64,000 nt of DNA, from contig NZ_JAQURE010000006.1 of assembly GCF_028715765.1 (NCBI RefSeq), positions 10,764-74,763 of the forward strand, read 5' to 3'. The notes under the pieces are model-generated. The model saw only the letters and a program-made list of their open reading frames with translations. It made no database searches and was not told the DNA's origin. The number at the start of each line of letters is the position of its first letter. The stretch's first letter is position 1. This DNA is from Rhodoferax sp. (GTDB lineage Bacteria; Pseudomonadota; Gammaproteobacteria; Burkholderiales; Burkholderiaceae_C). Below are positions 29,331-37,403 of this stretch, one piece after another. The position numbers and the translations under genes were made by a program.

Positions 29331-30878
29331 ATGACCGCGTTCTCATCCACCCCCAACGCCAACCTTTATGCCCACCTGCGCCAGGCTTTTCCGGCCGACT
29401 TGACGGCCTGCGCCGTTGAAACTGATGCGGGTCAGATCTACAGCTGGGCCGACCTGGAGCGCGGCAGCGCCATGTTGGCCAACTTTTTGGAGTCGCTTGA
29501 TTTGCCAGCCGGTGCGCGCATTGCCGTGCAGGTAGATAAATCGGTCGAAGCCCTGATGCTTTACCTTGCCACCTTGCGGGCGGGCTTGGTGTTTTTGCCC
29601 CTGAACACGGCTTACCAAAGCGCTGAAATTGCATATTTTTTAGGCAATGCCGAGCCTGATGTGGTGGTCTGCAGCGCGCTGCACTTTGGCTGGGTCAGCA
29701 CACTGGCGTTTCAGGCCGGCACGCGCTGGGTGTTCACCTTGAACGACGACCGAACCGGCTCTTTGCTGGCGCGCGCGGCCCAGTGCGCTGACCAGCATTC
29801 GGTGGCCGTCTCCCAGGCGGACGACCTGGCCGTCATCATTTACACCAGTGGCACCACCGGGCGCTCCAAGGGCGCCATGCTGACCCACGGCAACATGCTC
29901 AGCAACGCGCTGGTGCTCAAAGCGGCGTGGAGCTGGCGCAGCGCAGCACAAGGTGGCGATGTGCTGCTGCACACACTGCCTATTTTTCATGTGCATGGCT
30001 TGTTTGTGGCGATCCACGGCGCCCTGATCAATGGCAGCAAAATGATCTGGCTGGCCAAATTTGAGCCGCGCACCGTGCTGCGCTACTTGCCGCAGGCCAC
30101 GGTGTTCATGGGCGTGCCCACACTGTATGTGCGCCTGTTGGCCGAGCCGGGACTGAACGAAGCCGTGGTGCGGCACATGCGGCTGTTCATTTCGGGCTCA
30201 GCCCCGCTGCTGATGGACACTTTCACCGCCTGGCAGGCACGCACCGGCCACACCATTCTGGAGCGCTACGGCATGAGTGAAACCATCATGCTCACCTCCA
30301 ACCCCTACAACGGGGAGCGCCGTGGCGGCACGGTGGGCATGCCACTGCCAAGCGTGAGTTTGCGTGTGGTCGATGCCCAGGGCGCACCTGTGCCCTGCGG
30401 TGAAATTGGCGACATTCAGGTCAAGGGTGCTAATGTGTTTGCCGGTTACTGGCGCATGCCCGAGAAAACGGCTGAAGAATTCACCTTTGATGGCTTTTTC
30501 AAGACCGGTGACGTGGGCAAACAAGCTGAAGATGGCTATGTGACCATTGTGGGGCGCAGCAAAGACCTGATCATCAGCGGCGGCTACAACGTCTACCCGG
30601 CCGAGCTGGAGGGCTTCATCAACGACCTGCCCGGTGTGGCTGAGAGTGCGGTGGTGGGCGTGCCGCACCCTGACTTTGGCGAGGTGGGCGTGGCGCTGGT
30701 GGTGCCTAGGCCAGGCGTGCAACTGGATGCACAGCACATTTTGAGCCAGCTCAAAGCCACCTTGGCCAACTACAAAGTGCCCAAACAGTGCCATGTGGTG
30801 CCAGATTTGCCGCGCAACACCATGGGCAAGGTGCAAAAAAATCTGCTGCGTCAACAATTTGCGGCCAAGGCAAACTGA
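29331..30878 (+). CDS. matB: Malonyl-CoA synthetase-like acyl-CoA ligase (MatB family, AMP-binding)
   Basis: The N-terminal and core blocks resemble MatB (VQVDKSVEALMLYLATLRAGLVFLPLNTAYQSAEIAYFLGNAEP, YTSGTTGRSKGAMLTH, and C-terminal NTMGKVQK). Confidence 0.7.
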   Translation: MTAFSSTPNANLYAHLRQAFPADLTACAVETDAGQIYSWADLERGSAMLANFLESLDLPAGARIAVQVDKSVEALMLYLATLRAGLVFLPLNTAYQSAEIAYFLGNAEPDVVVCSALHFGWVSTLAFQAGTRWVFTLNDDRTGSLLARAAQCADQHSVAVSQADDLAVIIYTSGTTGRSKGAMLTHGNMLSNALVLKAAWSWRSAAQGGDVLLHTLPIFHVHGLFVAIHGALINGSKMIWLAKFEPRTVLRYLPQATVFMGVPTLYVRLLAEPGLNEAVVRHMRLFISGSAPLLMDTFTAWQARTGHTILERYGMSETIMLTSNPYNGERRGGTVGMPLPSVSLRVVDAQGAPVPCGEIGDIQVKGANVFAGYWRMPEKTAEEFTFDGFFKTGDVGKQAEDGYVTIVGRSKDLIISGGYNVYPAELEGFINDLPGVAESAVVGVPHPDFGEVGVALVVPRPGVQLDAQHILSQLKATLANYKVPKQCHVVPDLPRNTMGKVQKNLLRQQFAAKAN

Positions 30879-30919
30879 TAGTCGTTAGTATTTGGATACT
30901 TTTCTTTTAGAGGATGCCC

Positions 30920-32083
30920 ATGAAAATTGCTCAAGTTGTTTTGCGCCTTCCGGTCGATGTGGCGCAAGCCCTGGCACCTTTGCAAGCCATTGAGCCTGAT
31001 TGGCTGTTGGTGTTTGGCTCAGGCGCATGGCTGCAGGCGTTGCAGCCGGTGTTGGCAGAGCGCTTTGCGCAGGCCAAACGCTTGGGCTGCAGCACCGCGG
31101 GCGAAATTTCTGGGAAGGGCGTCAGCGACCAAGCCTGTGTGGTCACGACCATTCGTTTCGACCAAGTGCAGGTGCACGCAGCACACACTGTGTTGCGCGA
31201 CATGACGGATTCATTTGCTGCCGGGCAGCGTTTGGCGCAGGCCTTGCCCGCATCGGGTTTGCGTGCGGTGTGGGTGCTGGGGCAGGGCGTCAACATCAAT
31301 GGCAGTGCCTTGATTGGGGGGCTGGCTGCGGGTCTGGATGCGGCGGTGCTCATCACCGGCGGTCTGGCGGGCGATGACGCCCAATTCAAGCAAACCTGGG
31401 TGATGGATGACACGGGGGTGCATGCCGACCATGTGGCCTGCGTGGGGCTGTATGGCCATGGTTTGCGCGTGTCACATGGCTCTTTTGGCGGTTGGATGCC
31501 GTTTGGCCCAGCACGCAAAGTGACCCGTTGCGACAACAATGTGCTGTTTGAGCTGGACGGCGAGCCGGCTCTGGATGTGTACAAACGTTACCTGGGCGAG
31601 CACGCCAAAGACTTGCCTGCTTCGGGCTTGCTGTTTCCGTTTTCGATGCTGGGGCAAGACCAGACTGACGCGGGTTTGATTCGCACCATTTTGGCGGTGG
31701 ACGAGGCTGCAGGCTCTTTGACGTTGGCCGGTGACATTGACCCGGCGGGTTACTTGCGACTGATGCACGCCAGCACCGATGCGTTGGTGGATGGTGCGGA
31801 GTCTGCTGCGCAAGCTGCCAAACTGGCGCACGGGCAGTTGGGTCAAAGCCTGGCCTTGCTGGTGAGTTGTGTCGGGCGCAAGCTGGTGATGGGGGGGCGG
31901 GTTGAAGAAGAGGTGGAGGCGGTGGCAGAGGCGATGAGCCCAACCAGCGTGCCGGCCGGTTTTTACTCTTATGGCGAAATCAGCCCCATGACGGGCGAGA
32001 CAGCGTGCAAGCTGCACAACCAAACCATGACCATCACGCGGGTGATGGAGGTGGATGCCGCTGCAACTGACAACGCTGTTTGA
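30920..32083 (+). CDS. FIST-domain sensory protein (FIST_N + FIST_C)
   Basis: Has GCSTAGEI in the N-domain and GFYSYGEISP in the C-domain. An AGAGGA RBS lies 6 nt before the ATG at 30920. The stop is 4 nt before the histidine kinase gene. Confidence 0.75.
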   Translation: MKIAQVVLRLPVDVAQALAPLQAIEPDWLLVFGSGAWLQALQPVLAERFAQAKRLGCSTAGEISGKGVSDQACVVTTIRFDQVQVHAAHTVLRDMTDSFAAGQRLAQALPASGLRAVWVLGQGVNINGSALIGGLAAGLDAAVLITGGLAGDDAQFKQTWVMDDTGVHADHVACVGLYGHGLRVSHGSFGGWMPFGPARKVTRCDNNVLFELDGEPALDVYKRYLGEHAKDLPASGLLFPFSMLGQDQTDAGLIRTILAVDEAAGSLTLAGDIDPAGYLRLMHASTDALVDGAESAAQAAKLAHGQLGQSLALLVSCVGRKLVMGGRVEEEVEAVAEAMSPTSVPAGFYSYGEISPMTGETACKLHNQTMTITRVMEVDAAATDNAV

Positions 32084-32086
32084 ATC

Positions 32087-35000
32087 ATGCATAAATTGCT
32101 TGCGCGTCAAACCCGCCGCCTGCTTGGCGTGGAAGAAGAACAACTGCCCGCTGTGTTGCAAGAGTTGCAGCAGTTCGCCAGCGGTGCAGGTGTTTCTGCC
32201 CAAGCGGTACAGCTGCTGAAAGGTTTGCCCGATTTTTTGACACGCGTGGAAGAGGCCTACACCCAAAGTGACCGCGATCTGGACTTGAAAACCCGCAGTT
32301 TGCAGCTGAGTTCGGTGGAACTGTCGCACAGCAATGACAGGTTGCGCCAAGAGCTCGATAGCCGCACCCGCGCCATAGACTCTTTGCGCCAAACCGCCAA
32401 CAGCTTGCTGCAAACCGATAGTGTGGCGCTGCCTGACCCGCAAGAAGACAGCCTGGAGTCGCTGTCGCTGCTGATGTCTGAGCTGGTGCGCCAACGAGAA
32501 GTTAGCCAGCGCGACTTGACCGATGCGTTGGCAGATTTGGCCAAACAAAAATTTGCCTTAGATCAGCATGCCATTGTCAGCATGACCGATGTGCAAGGCG
32601 CCATCACCTACGCCAATGACAAGTTTTGCAGCATCAGCGGCTACGGGCGTGATGAATTGATTGGCCAAAACCACCGCTTGATCAACGCCGGTGTTCAGCC
32701 TGCGTCTTATTTTGCGAACTTGTGGCAAACCATTTTGGCGGGTCAGGTGTGGCACGGTGAGATCTGCAACCGGGCTAAAAATGGCGCTCTGTATTGGGTG
32801 CAAGCCACCATTGTTCCGCTGCTTGATGAGCGCAACGCCCCAGAGCAGTTCATTGCCATTCGCACCGACATCACCGCGCGCAAGCACATGCAGACGGCCG
32901 TGGCGCAGGCCGAGAGCCGGGTGCGGCGCATTGCCAATGCGGTGCCTGGCGTGGTGTATCAGTGCGAGGTGGGTGCAGGCCAAGTGCGCTACACCTTTGT
33001 GAGTGAACGGCTGGATGAAATACGTGGTCTGGATCGTGCCGCGCTGATGGCAGACGGGCAAGTGGCTTACGCCCAAGTTGTGGATGAAGACCGGCCACGG
33101 TGTTGGGCCGAGGTGCTGGCAGCAGCCGAACAACGCAAAGCCTGGCAAGGCGACTACCGCATTCGTTTGCCAAACGGCAACTTGCGCTGGATCCGTTCTG
33201 AAATCAACCCAGACCCTGAGCTCTCAGCGCAAGGCACCACCGTTTTCACCGGTATTTGGCAAGATATGACCCAGCTCAAAGAGGCCGGCGAGCGGCTGAT
33301 GGAGGTCAGTGAAAGCATTCCGGTGGTGGTGTTTCAGTACCGGCTCTGGGCTGATGGGCATCAAAACTTTCCATTTTGCAGTCGTGTGGCTGAGTCCATG
33401 TGTGGCTTGTCTGCGGCTGACGTCATGGCGGATTCGGCGGTATTTTTTGAACAGGTTCACCCCGAAGATCAGGCGGCGTTTGAGCAGGCGTTTGTGACCT
33501 CTGCCAAAACATTGGCGCGCATCTCGCTTGACTTCAGAGTGTTGCACAAGCTTTCAGGGCAGGTGATTTGGGTGCATGGGGAGTCCATGCCGAAAGCAGC
33601 GGCAGATGGTGGGCTGATCTGGAATGGCTATTTGGCCGATATTTCTCAACAGAAACAGGTCAGCGAAGAATTGCGCCGCGCCAAAGAAGCGGCGGAAGTG
33701 GCCAACCGTGCCAAGTCTGATTTTCTGGCCAACATGAGCCATGAAATTCGCACCCCCATGAATGGTGTCATTGGCATGACCGAACTGGCACTGGACACCG
33801 AGTTAACGGCAGAGCAGCGCGAATACCTGGAGATCGTCAAGTCATCGTCTGATGCGTTGCTGCGCGTGATCAACGACATTCTTGATTTTTCAAAAATTGA
33901 AGCTGGCAAGCTGGTGATCGAAAAAATTCCGTTCAATCTCAATGGCATGGTCAGCGAGACATTGAAAGCTTTGGCCGTGCGTGCGCATGCCAAAGGGATT
34001 GAATTGGTCTGCGACATTGAGCCTGATGTGCCTGCTGCGGTAGTGGGCGACCCTGGTAGGTTGCGCCAGATTTTGATGAATCTGATTGGCAACGCCATCA
34101 AATTCACTGAGCAGGGGCAGGTGTTGCTGCGGGTGTCATGTGATTTGTCTGCGAAATCCTTGCAAATGTTCAACTTTTCAGTGAAAGACTCGGGCATAGG
34201 CATTGCGCCGTCTAAGCTGCACAGTATTTTTGAGGCGTTTTCCCAAGAAGACAGCAGCATCACCCGGCGCTTTGGTGGCACCGGCTTGGGGCTGTCGATT
34301 TCGTCACGTTTGGTGGAGGCTTTGGGCGGGCAAATTTCGGTGTCTAGTGAGTTGGGGGTGGGTAGTCAGTTTGATTTTTCCGTGGCCATGGCGCTGGATG
34401 CGGTGAACGCTACACCCACCGAATTGGCGCTGGGATTGAATGGTTTGCGAGTGCTGTTGGTGGATGACAACGAGGTCAACCGCACCGTGATTTCACGCAC
34501 GCTTGAAAGCTTGGGCATGTTGCCCACTGCAGTTGCTTCTGGTGCGCAGGCCTTGGAGCGGTTGCAACATCCTGCGACGCAAGCCAGCGGATTTGACCTG
34601 GTGCTGCTGGACGCGCACATGCCTGACATGGATGGCTTCACCACCGCCGAGAAAATACTTGCCACTCCACATGGTGCAGATATGACCCTGGTGATGTTGT
34701 CTTCAGCCGGGTTAAAGGGCGACGCCCAGCGCTCTAAAGAGGTTGGTTTTGCCGCTTATTTGTCCAAACCGTTCACCCGGGATGAACTCGCACTTGTGTT
34801 GACGCGCGTGGTTAATCGGTCACCTGACAAGCAGGGCGACTTGATCACCCGCCACGGCATCAGGCAAGCGCAGGTAGCGCTGAGCATTTTGCTGGTAGAA
34901 GACCATGTCATCAATCAAAAGCTGGCGGTAGTGCTGATTGAGCGCTGGGGGCATAAGGTGACGGTGGCTGGCGACGGCCAAGCTGCGCTGGAGGTGTTGG

Positions 35001-35668
35001 CGCGGCAGTCTTTTGACCTGATTTTGATGGACATGATGATGCCGGTGATGGATGGCCTGGAGGCCACTACACTTATTCGTGCGGGGGAATCCGGCGAGCA
35101 ACATGTGCCGATTGTGGCCATGACGGCCAATGCCATGCAGGGTGACCGTGAGCGCTGTTTACAGGCTGGCATGGATGACTACATCTCCAAACCGATTGAA
35201 ATGGCTGAGTTGCAGCGGGTGCTGAAGCGTTTTGCACCTGAATTGCCAAACGCTGAAACACTAGATAACTCAACTTTGGGTTTGGGTGGGCAGCCTGAGC
35301 TTGATCATGCTCAGCCTGCGTTTGATTACGTGCAGGCCTTGACTGAGTCTGATCAAGAAGTGGTTGACATTGTCAAAGAGGTGTTCATGGCGCAGTGGCC
35401 GGTAGACCTTGACAAAATGACTGCGGCCTTGACCTCTGGCGACATGTCGCCGCTGCTGCACACCGCGCATGCTCTTAAAGGCACACTGGGCTTGTTTGGT
35501 GCTAAGCCAGCTACGCAACTGGCACTTGAACTTGAAAAAATGGCAGCAGATGCGCAACATGCCTTGGCCATTGATCTACCAGCGCTGCAGCACAAGCTGG
35601 ATGCCTTGAGTGCCCAGGTGGGGCAGTTGATGTTGGCTTTGGAAGATCAGTCGCCGCCGGGGCAGTGA
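32087..35668 (+). CDS. Hybrid sensor histidine kinase: coiled-coil N-terminus, ~3 PAS/PAC, HisKA, HATPase_c, 2 x REC, HPt
   Basis: 1193 aa. The H-box is SHEIRTPMNG, and N/G boxes are present (NLIGNAIKFT, GGTGLGLSI). There are two receiver domains (LLVDDNEVN...DAHMPDMDG...LSKP and LLVEDHVIN...DMMMPVMDG...ISKP) and a C-terminal HPt (HTAHALKGTLG). Confidence 0.9.
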   Translation: MHKLLARQTRRLLGVEEEQLPAVLQELQQFASGAGVSAQAVQLLKGLPDFLTRVEEAYTQSDRDLDLKTRSLQLSSVELSHSNDRLRQELDSRTRAIDSLRQTANSLLQTDSVALPDPQEDSLESLSLLMSELVRQREVSQRDLTDALADLAKQKFALDQHAIVSMTDVQGAITYANDKFCSISGYGRDELIGQNHRLINAGVQPASYFANLWQTILAGQVWHGEICNRAKNGALYWVQATIVPLLDERNAPEQFIAIRTDITARKHMQTAVAQAESRVRRIANAVPGVVYQCEVGAGQVRYTFVSERLDEIRGLDRAALMADGQVAYAQVVDEDRPRCWAEVLAAAEQRKAWQGDYRIRLPNGNLRWIRSEINPDPELSAQGTTVFTGIWQDMTQLKEAGERLMEVSESIPVVVFQYRLWADGHQNFPFCSRVAESMCGLSAADVMADSAVFFEQVHPEDQAAFEQAFVTSAKTLARISLDFRVLHKLSGQVIWVHGESMPKAAADGGLIWNGYLADISQQKQVSEELRRAKEAAEVANRAKSDFLANMSHEIRTPMNGVIGMTELALDTELTAEQREYLEIVKSSSDALLRVINDILDFSKIEAGKLVIEKIPFNLNGMVSETLKALAVRAHAKGIELVCDIEPDVPAAVVGDPGRLRQILMNLIGNAIKFTEQGQVLLRVSCDLSAKSLQMFNFSVKDSGIGIAPSKLHSIFEAFSQEDSSITRRFGGTGLGLSISSRLVEALGGQISVSSELGVGSQFDFSVAMALDAVNATPTELALGLNGLRVLLVDDNEVNRTVISRTLESLGMLPTAVASGAQALERLQHPATQASGFDLVLLDAHMPDMDGFTTAEKILATPHGADMTLVMLSSAGLKGDAQRSKEVGFAAYLSKPFTRDELALVLTRVVNRSPDKQGDLITRHGIRQAQVALSILLVEDHVINQKLAVVLIERWGHKVTVAGDGQAALEVLARQSFDLILMDMMMPVMDGLEATTLIRAGESGEQHVPIVAMTANAMQGDRERCLQAGMDDYISKPIEMAELQRVLKRFAPELPNAETLDNSTLGLGGQPELDHAQPAFDYVQALTESDQEVVDIVKEVFMAQWPVDLDKMTAALTSGDMSPLLHTAHALKGTLGLFGAKPATQLALELEKMAADAQHALAIDLPALQHKLDALSAQVGQLMLALEDQSPPGQ

Positions 35669-35707
35669 TACAGTGACTGCGTTTGAAAAAAATGAAATGA
35701 TCAGGTT

Positions 35708-36772
35708 ATGACTTACAAAGTGTTGATCGTCGACGATGCGGAAATCAATTTGATTTTGTTTGATGCTTTGGTCAAACGCATGGGCAACAGTGAATCAAAA
35801 ACTTTTGCCAGTGCGCCAGACGGACTGGCTTGGGCCATGAGCCATGAGGTTGATTTGGTGATTGTGGATTACATGATGCCTGAGCTTGATGGCATTGAAT
35901 TCATAACCCAATTGCACCAAACACCTGGCAAAGAAGATGTGCCCATCTTGATGATCACGGCCAATGATCAAAAGCAGGTTCGCTACCGTGCGCTGGATGC
36001 GGGCGCGACTGATTTTTTAACCAAACCAGTCGACAAAGTTGAGTTCATGGCGCGTGCCAACAACATGCTGCTCTTGGGTGCCAACCGCAAAGCCTTGGCC
36101 AACCGCGCCGAATGGCTGGCCAGTGAGGTGCGCAAAGCCACCACTGAGATCGTGCAGCGTGAGCGTGAAACCGTGATCCGTTTGTCTAAAGCTGCTGAGT
36201 ACCGTGACCCCGAGACCGGGGCGCACATCTTGCGCATGGCACATTATTCAGAATTGATTGCCAAAGGCATGGGGCTTTCTCTGGCCGACCAGGAATTGCT
36301 GTTGCAAGCGGCACCCATGCATGACATTGGCAAGGTGGGGATTGCTGACCAAATTTTGCTCAAGCCAGGCCGCTTGACCCCTGAAGAGTTTGAGGTGATG
36401 AAACTGCACGCCATTTATGGCTATGAAATTCTCAAAGGCAGTGAATCCAAGGTGCTGCAGGCCGGTGCCGAGATTGCGCGCGCGCACCATGAAAAATTTG
36501 ATGGTTCAGGCTACCCCAGGGGGTTGAGTGGCGAAGATATTCCAATCTTCAGCCGCATTGTGGCGGTGGCTGATGTGTTTGACGCACTGACTTCTGAGCG
36601 ACCCTACAAAAAAGCTTGGCCGCTGGAGCGGGCGGCAGAACACATCAAAGAGAGTGCAGGCAGCCATTTTGACCCACGCTGTGTGGATGTTTTCATGGCG
36701 CATTGGGATCAGGTGCTTGAAATCAGGCATCGCTTTCAAGATCAGGAAGAAGCGCGTAACGCTACACATTAA
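35708..36772 (+). CDS. Response regulator with HD-GYP c-di-GMP phosphodiesterase domain (RpfG-like)
   Basis: REC domain (LIVDDAEIN...VDYMMPELDG...LTKP) plus an intact HD-GYP domain (MHDIGKVG, HHEKFDGSGYPRGL, VADVFDALTSERPYK). Confidence 0.9.
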   Translation: MTYKVLIVDDAEINLILFDALVKRMGNSESKTFASAPDGLAWAMSHEVDLVIVDYMMPELDGIEFITQLHQTPGKEDVPILMITANDQKQVRYRALDAGATDFLTKPVDKVEFMARANNMLLLGANRKALANRAEWLASEVRKATTEIVQRERETVIRLSKAAEYRDPETGAHILRMAHYSELIAKGMGLSLADQELLLQAAPMHDIGKVGIADQILLKPGRLTPEEFEVMKLHAIYGYEILKGSESKVLQAGAEIARAHHEKFDGSGYPRGLSGEDIPIFSRIVAVADVFDALTSERPYKKAWPLERAAEHIKESAGSHFDPRCVDVFMAHWDQVLEIRHRFQDQEEARNATH

Positions 36773-36814
36773 ATAGCTGTCAGCGCTTGTATGAAGGGTG
36801 CTAGAGCCATATTT
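36771..36814. repeat. REP-like palindromic element, copy D
   Basis: AAATAGCTGTCAGCGCTTGTATGAAGGGTGCTAGAGCCATATTT. It fills the whole gap between the convergent stop codons of the HD-GYP regulator gene (TAA 36770-36772) and uspA (36813-36815). Confidence 0.75.
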
Positions 36815-37256
36815 AACGCAAGACCAGCACAGGAATGTGTGAGTGGGTCAATACTTGCTGCGTTTCGCTGCCCAACAGCAAGCGCTTGACACCACGACGG
36901 CCGTGTGAAGCCATCACAATCAAATCGCATTTGTGTTTTTTGGCTGTCGCAATGACGGCGTCAGACACCACGTCTGATTTGATGGTGAGGGCGCGGGTTT
37001 TGACACCTTGCAACTCAGCTGTTTTTTTGACCTCATCCACCACAGCCTGGCCTTCTTCAGCCCATTGTTTTTCAATGCGACCCACTTCAGCGGCTTGCAA
37101 GGCCAAGCCACCTTCAAAATAACTTTGCGGATAGCGCGGCACCACCTTTAAGGCAACCAAGCTTGCGCCGGCCAGAGCAGCCAAGGCAATGGCGCTGTTC
37201 ACGGCTTTTTTAGACAGAGCGGAACCATCAGTGGCAACCAGAATTTTGTCGTACAT
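36813..37256 (-). CDS. uspA: Universal stress protein (UspA family)
   Basis: 147 aa with ILVATDGS at the N-terminus and C-terminal GSHGR.G....LLGS....V. ATP-binding-type motifs. Confidence 0.85.
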   Translation of the reverse strand: MYDKILVATDGSALSKKAVNSAIALAALAGASLVALKVVPRYPQSYFEGGLALQAAEVGRIEKQWAEEGQAVVDEVKKTAELQGVKTRALTIKSDVVSDAVIATAKKHKCDLIVMASHGRRGVKRLLLGSETQQVLTHSHIPVLVLR

Positions 37257-37312
37257 GTGAATCTCTCCGTAGTTTAAAAAACATCAGCATATCCCTACAC
37301 TCAAGGCCATTC

Positions 37313-37326
37313 TTGATTTAAGTCAG
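37313..37326. promoter_or_regulatory. FNR/Dnr-family half-degenerate box TTGATTTAAGTCAG between divergent uspA and ccoI
   Basis: Matches TTGAT-N4-GTCAx. It is centred about 63 nt upstream of the uspA ATG and about 85 nt upstream of the ccoI ATG. It shares the 12-mer TGATTTAAGTCA with the site at 45678. Confidence 0.45.
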
Positions 37327-37403
37327 GTTCATTTCAACTTGTCTAAGATAACCTCATTCAATATTTTTCATCTTTGATCCATTTGAACGCCTCTTTGTAT
37401 CCT

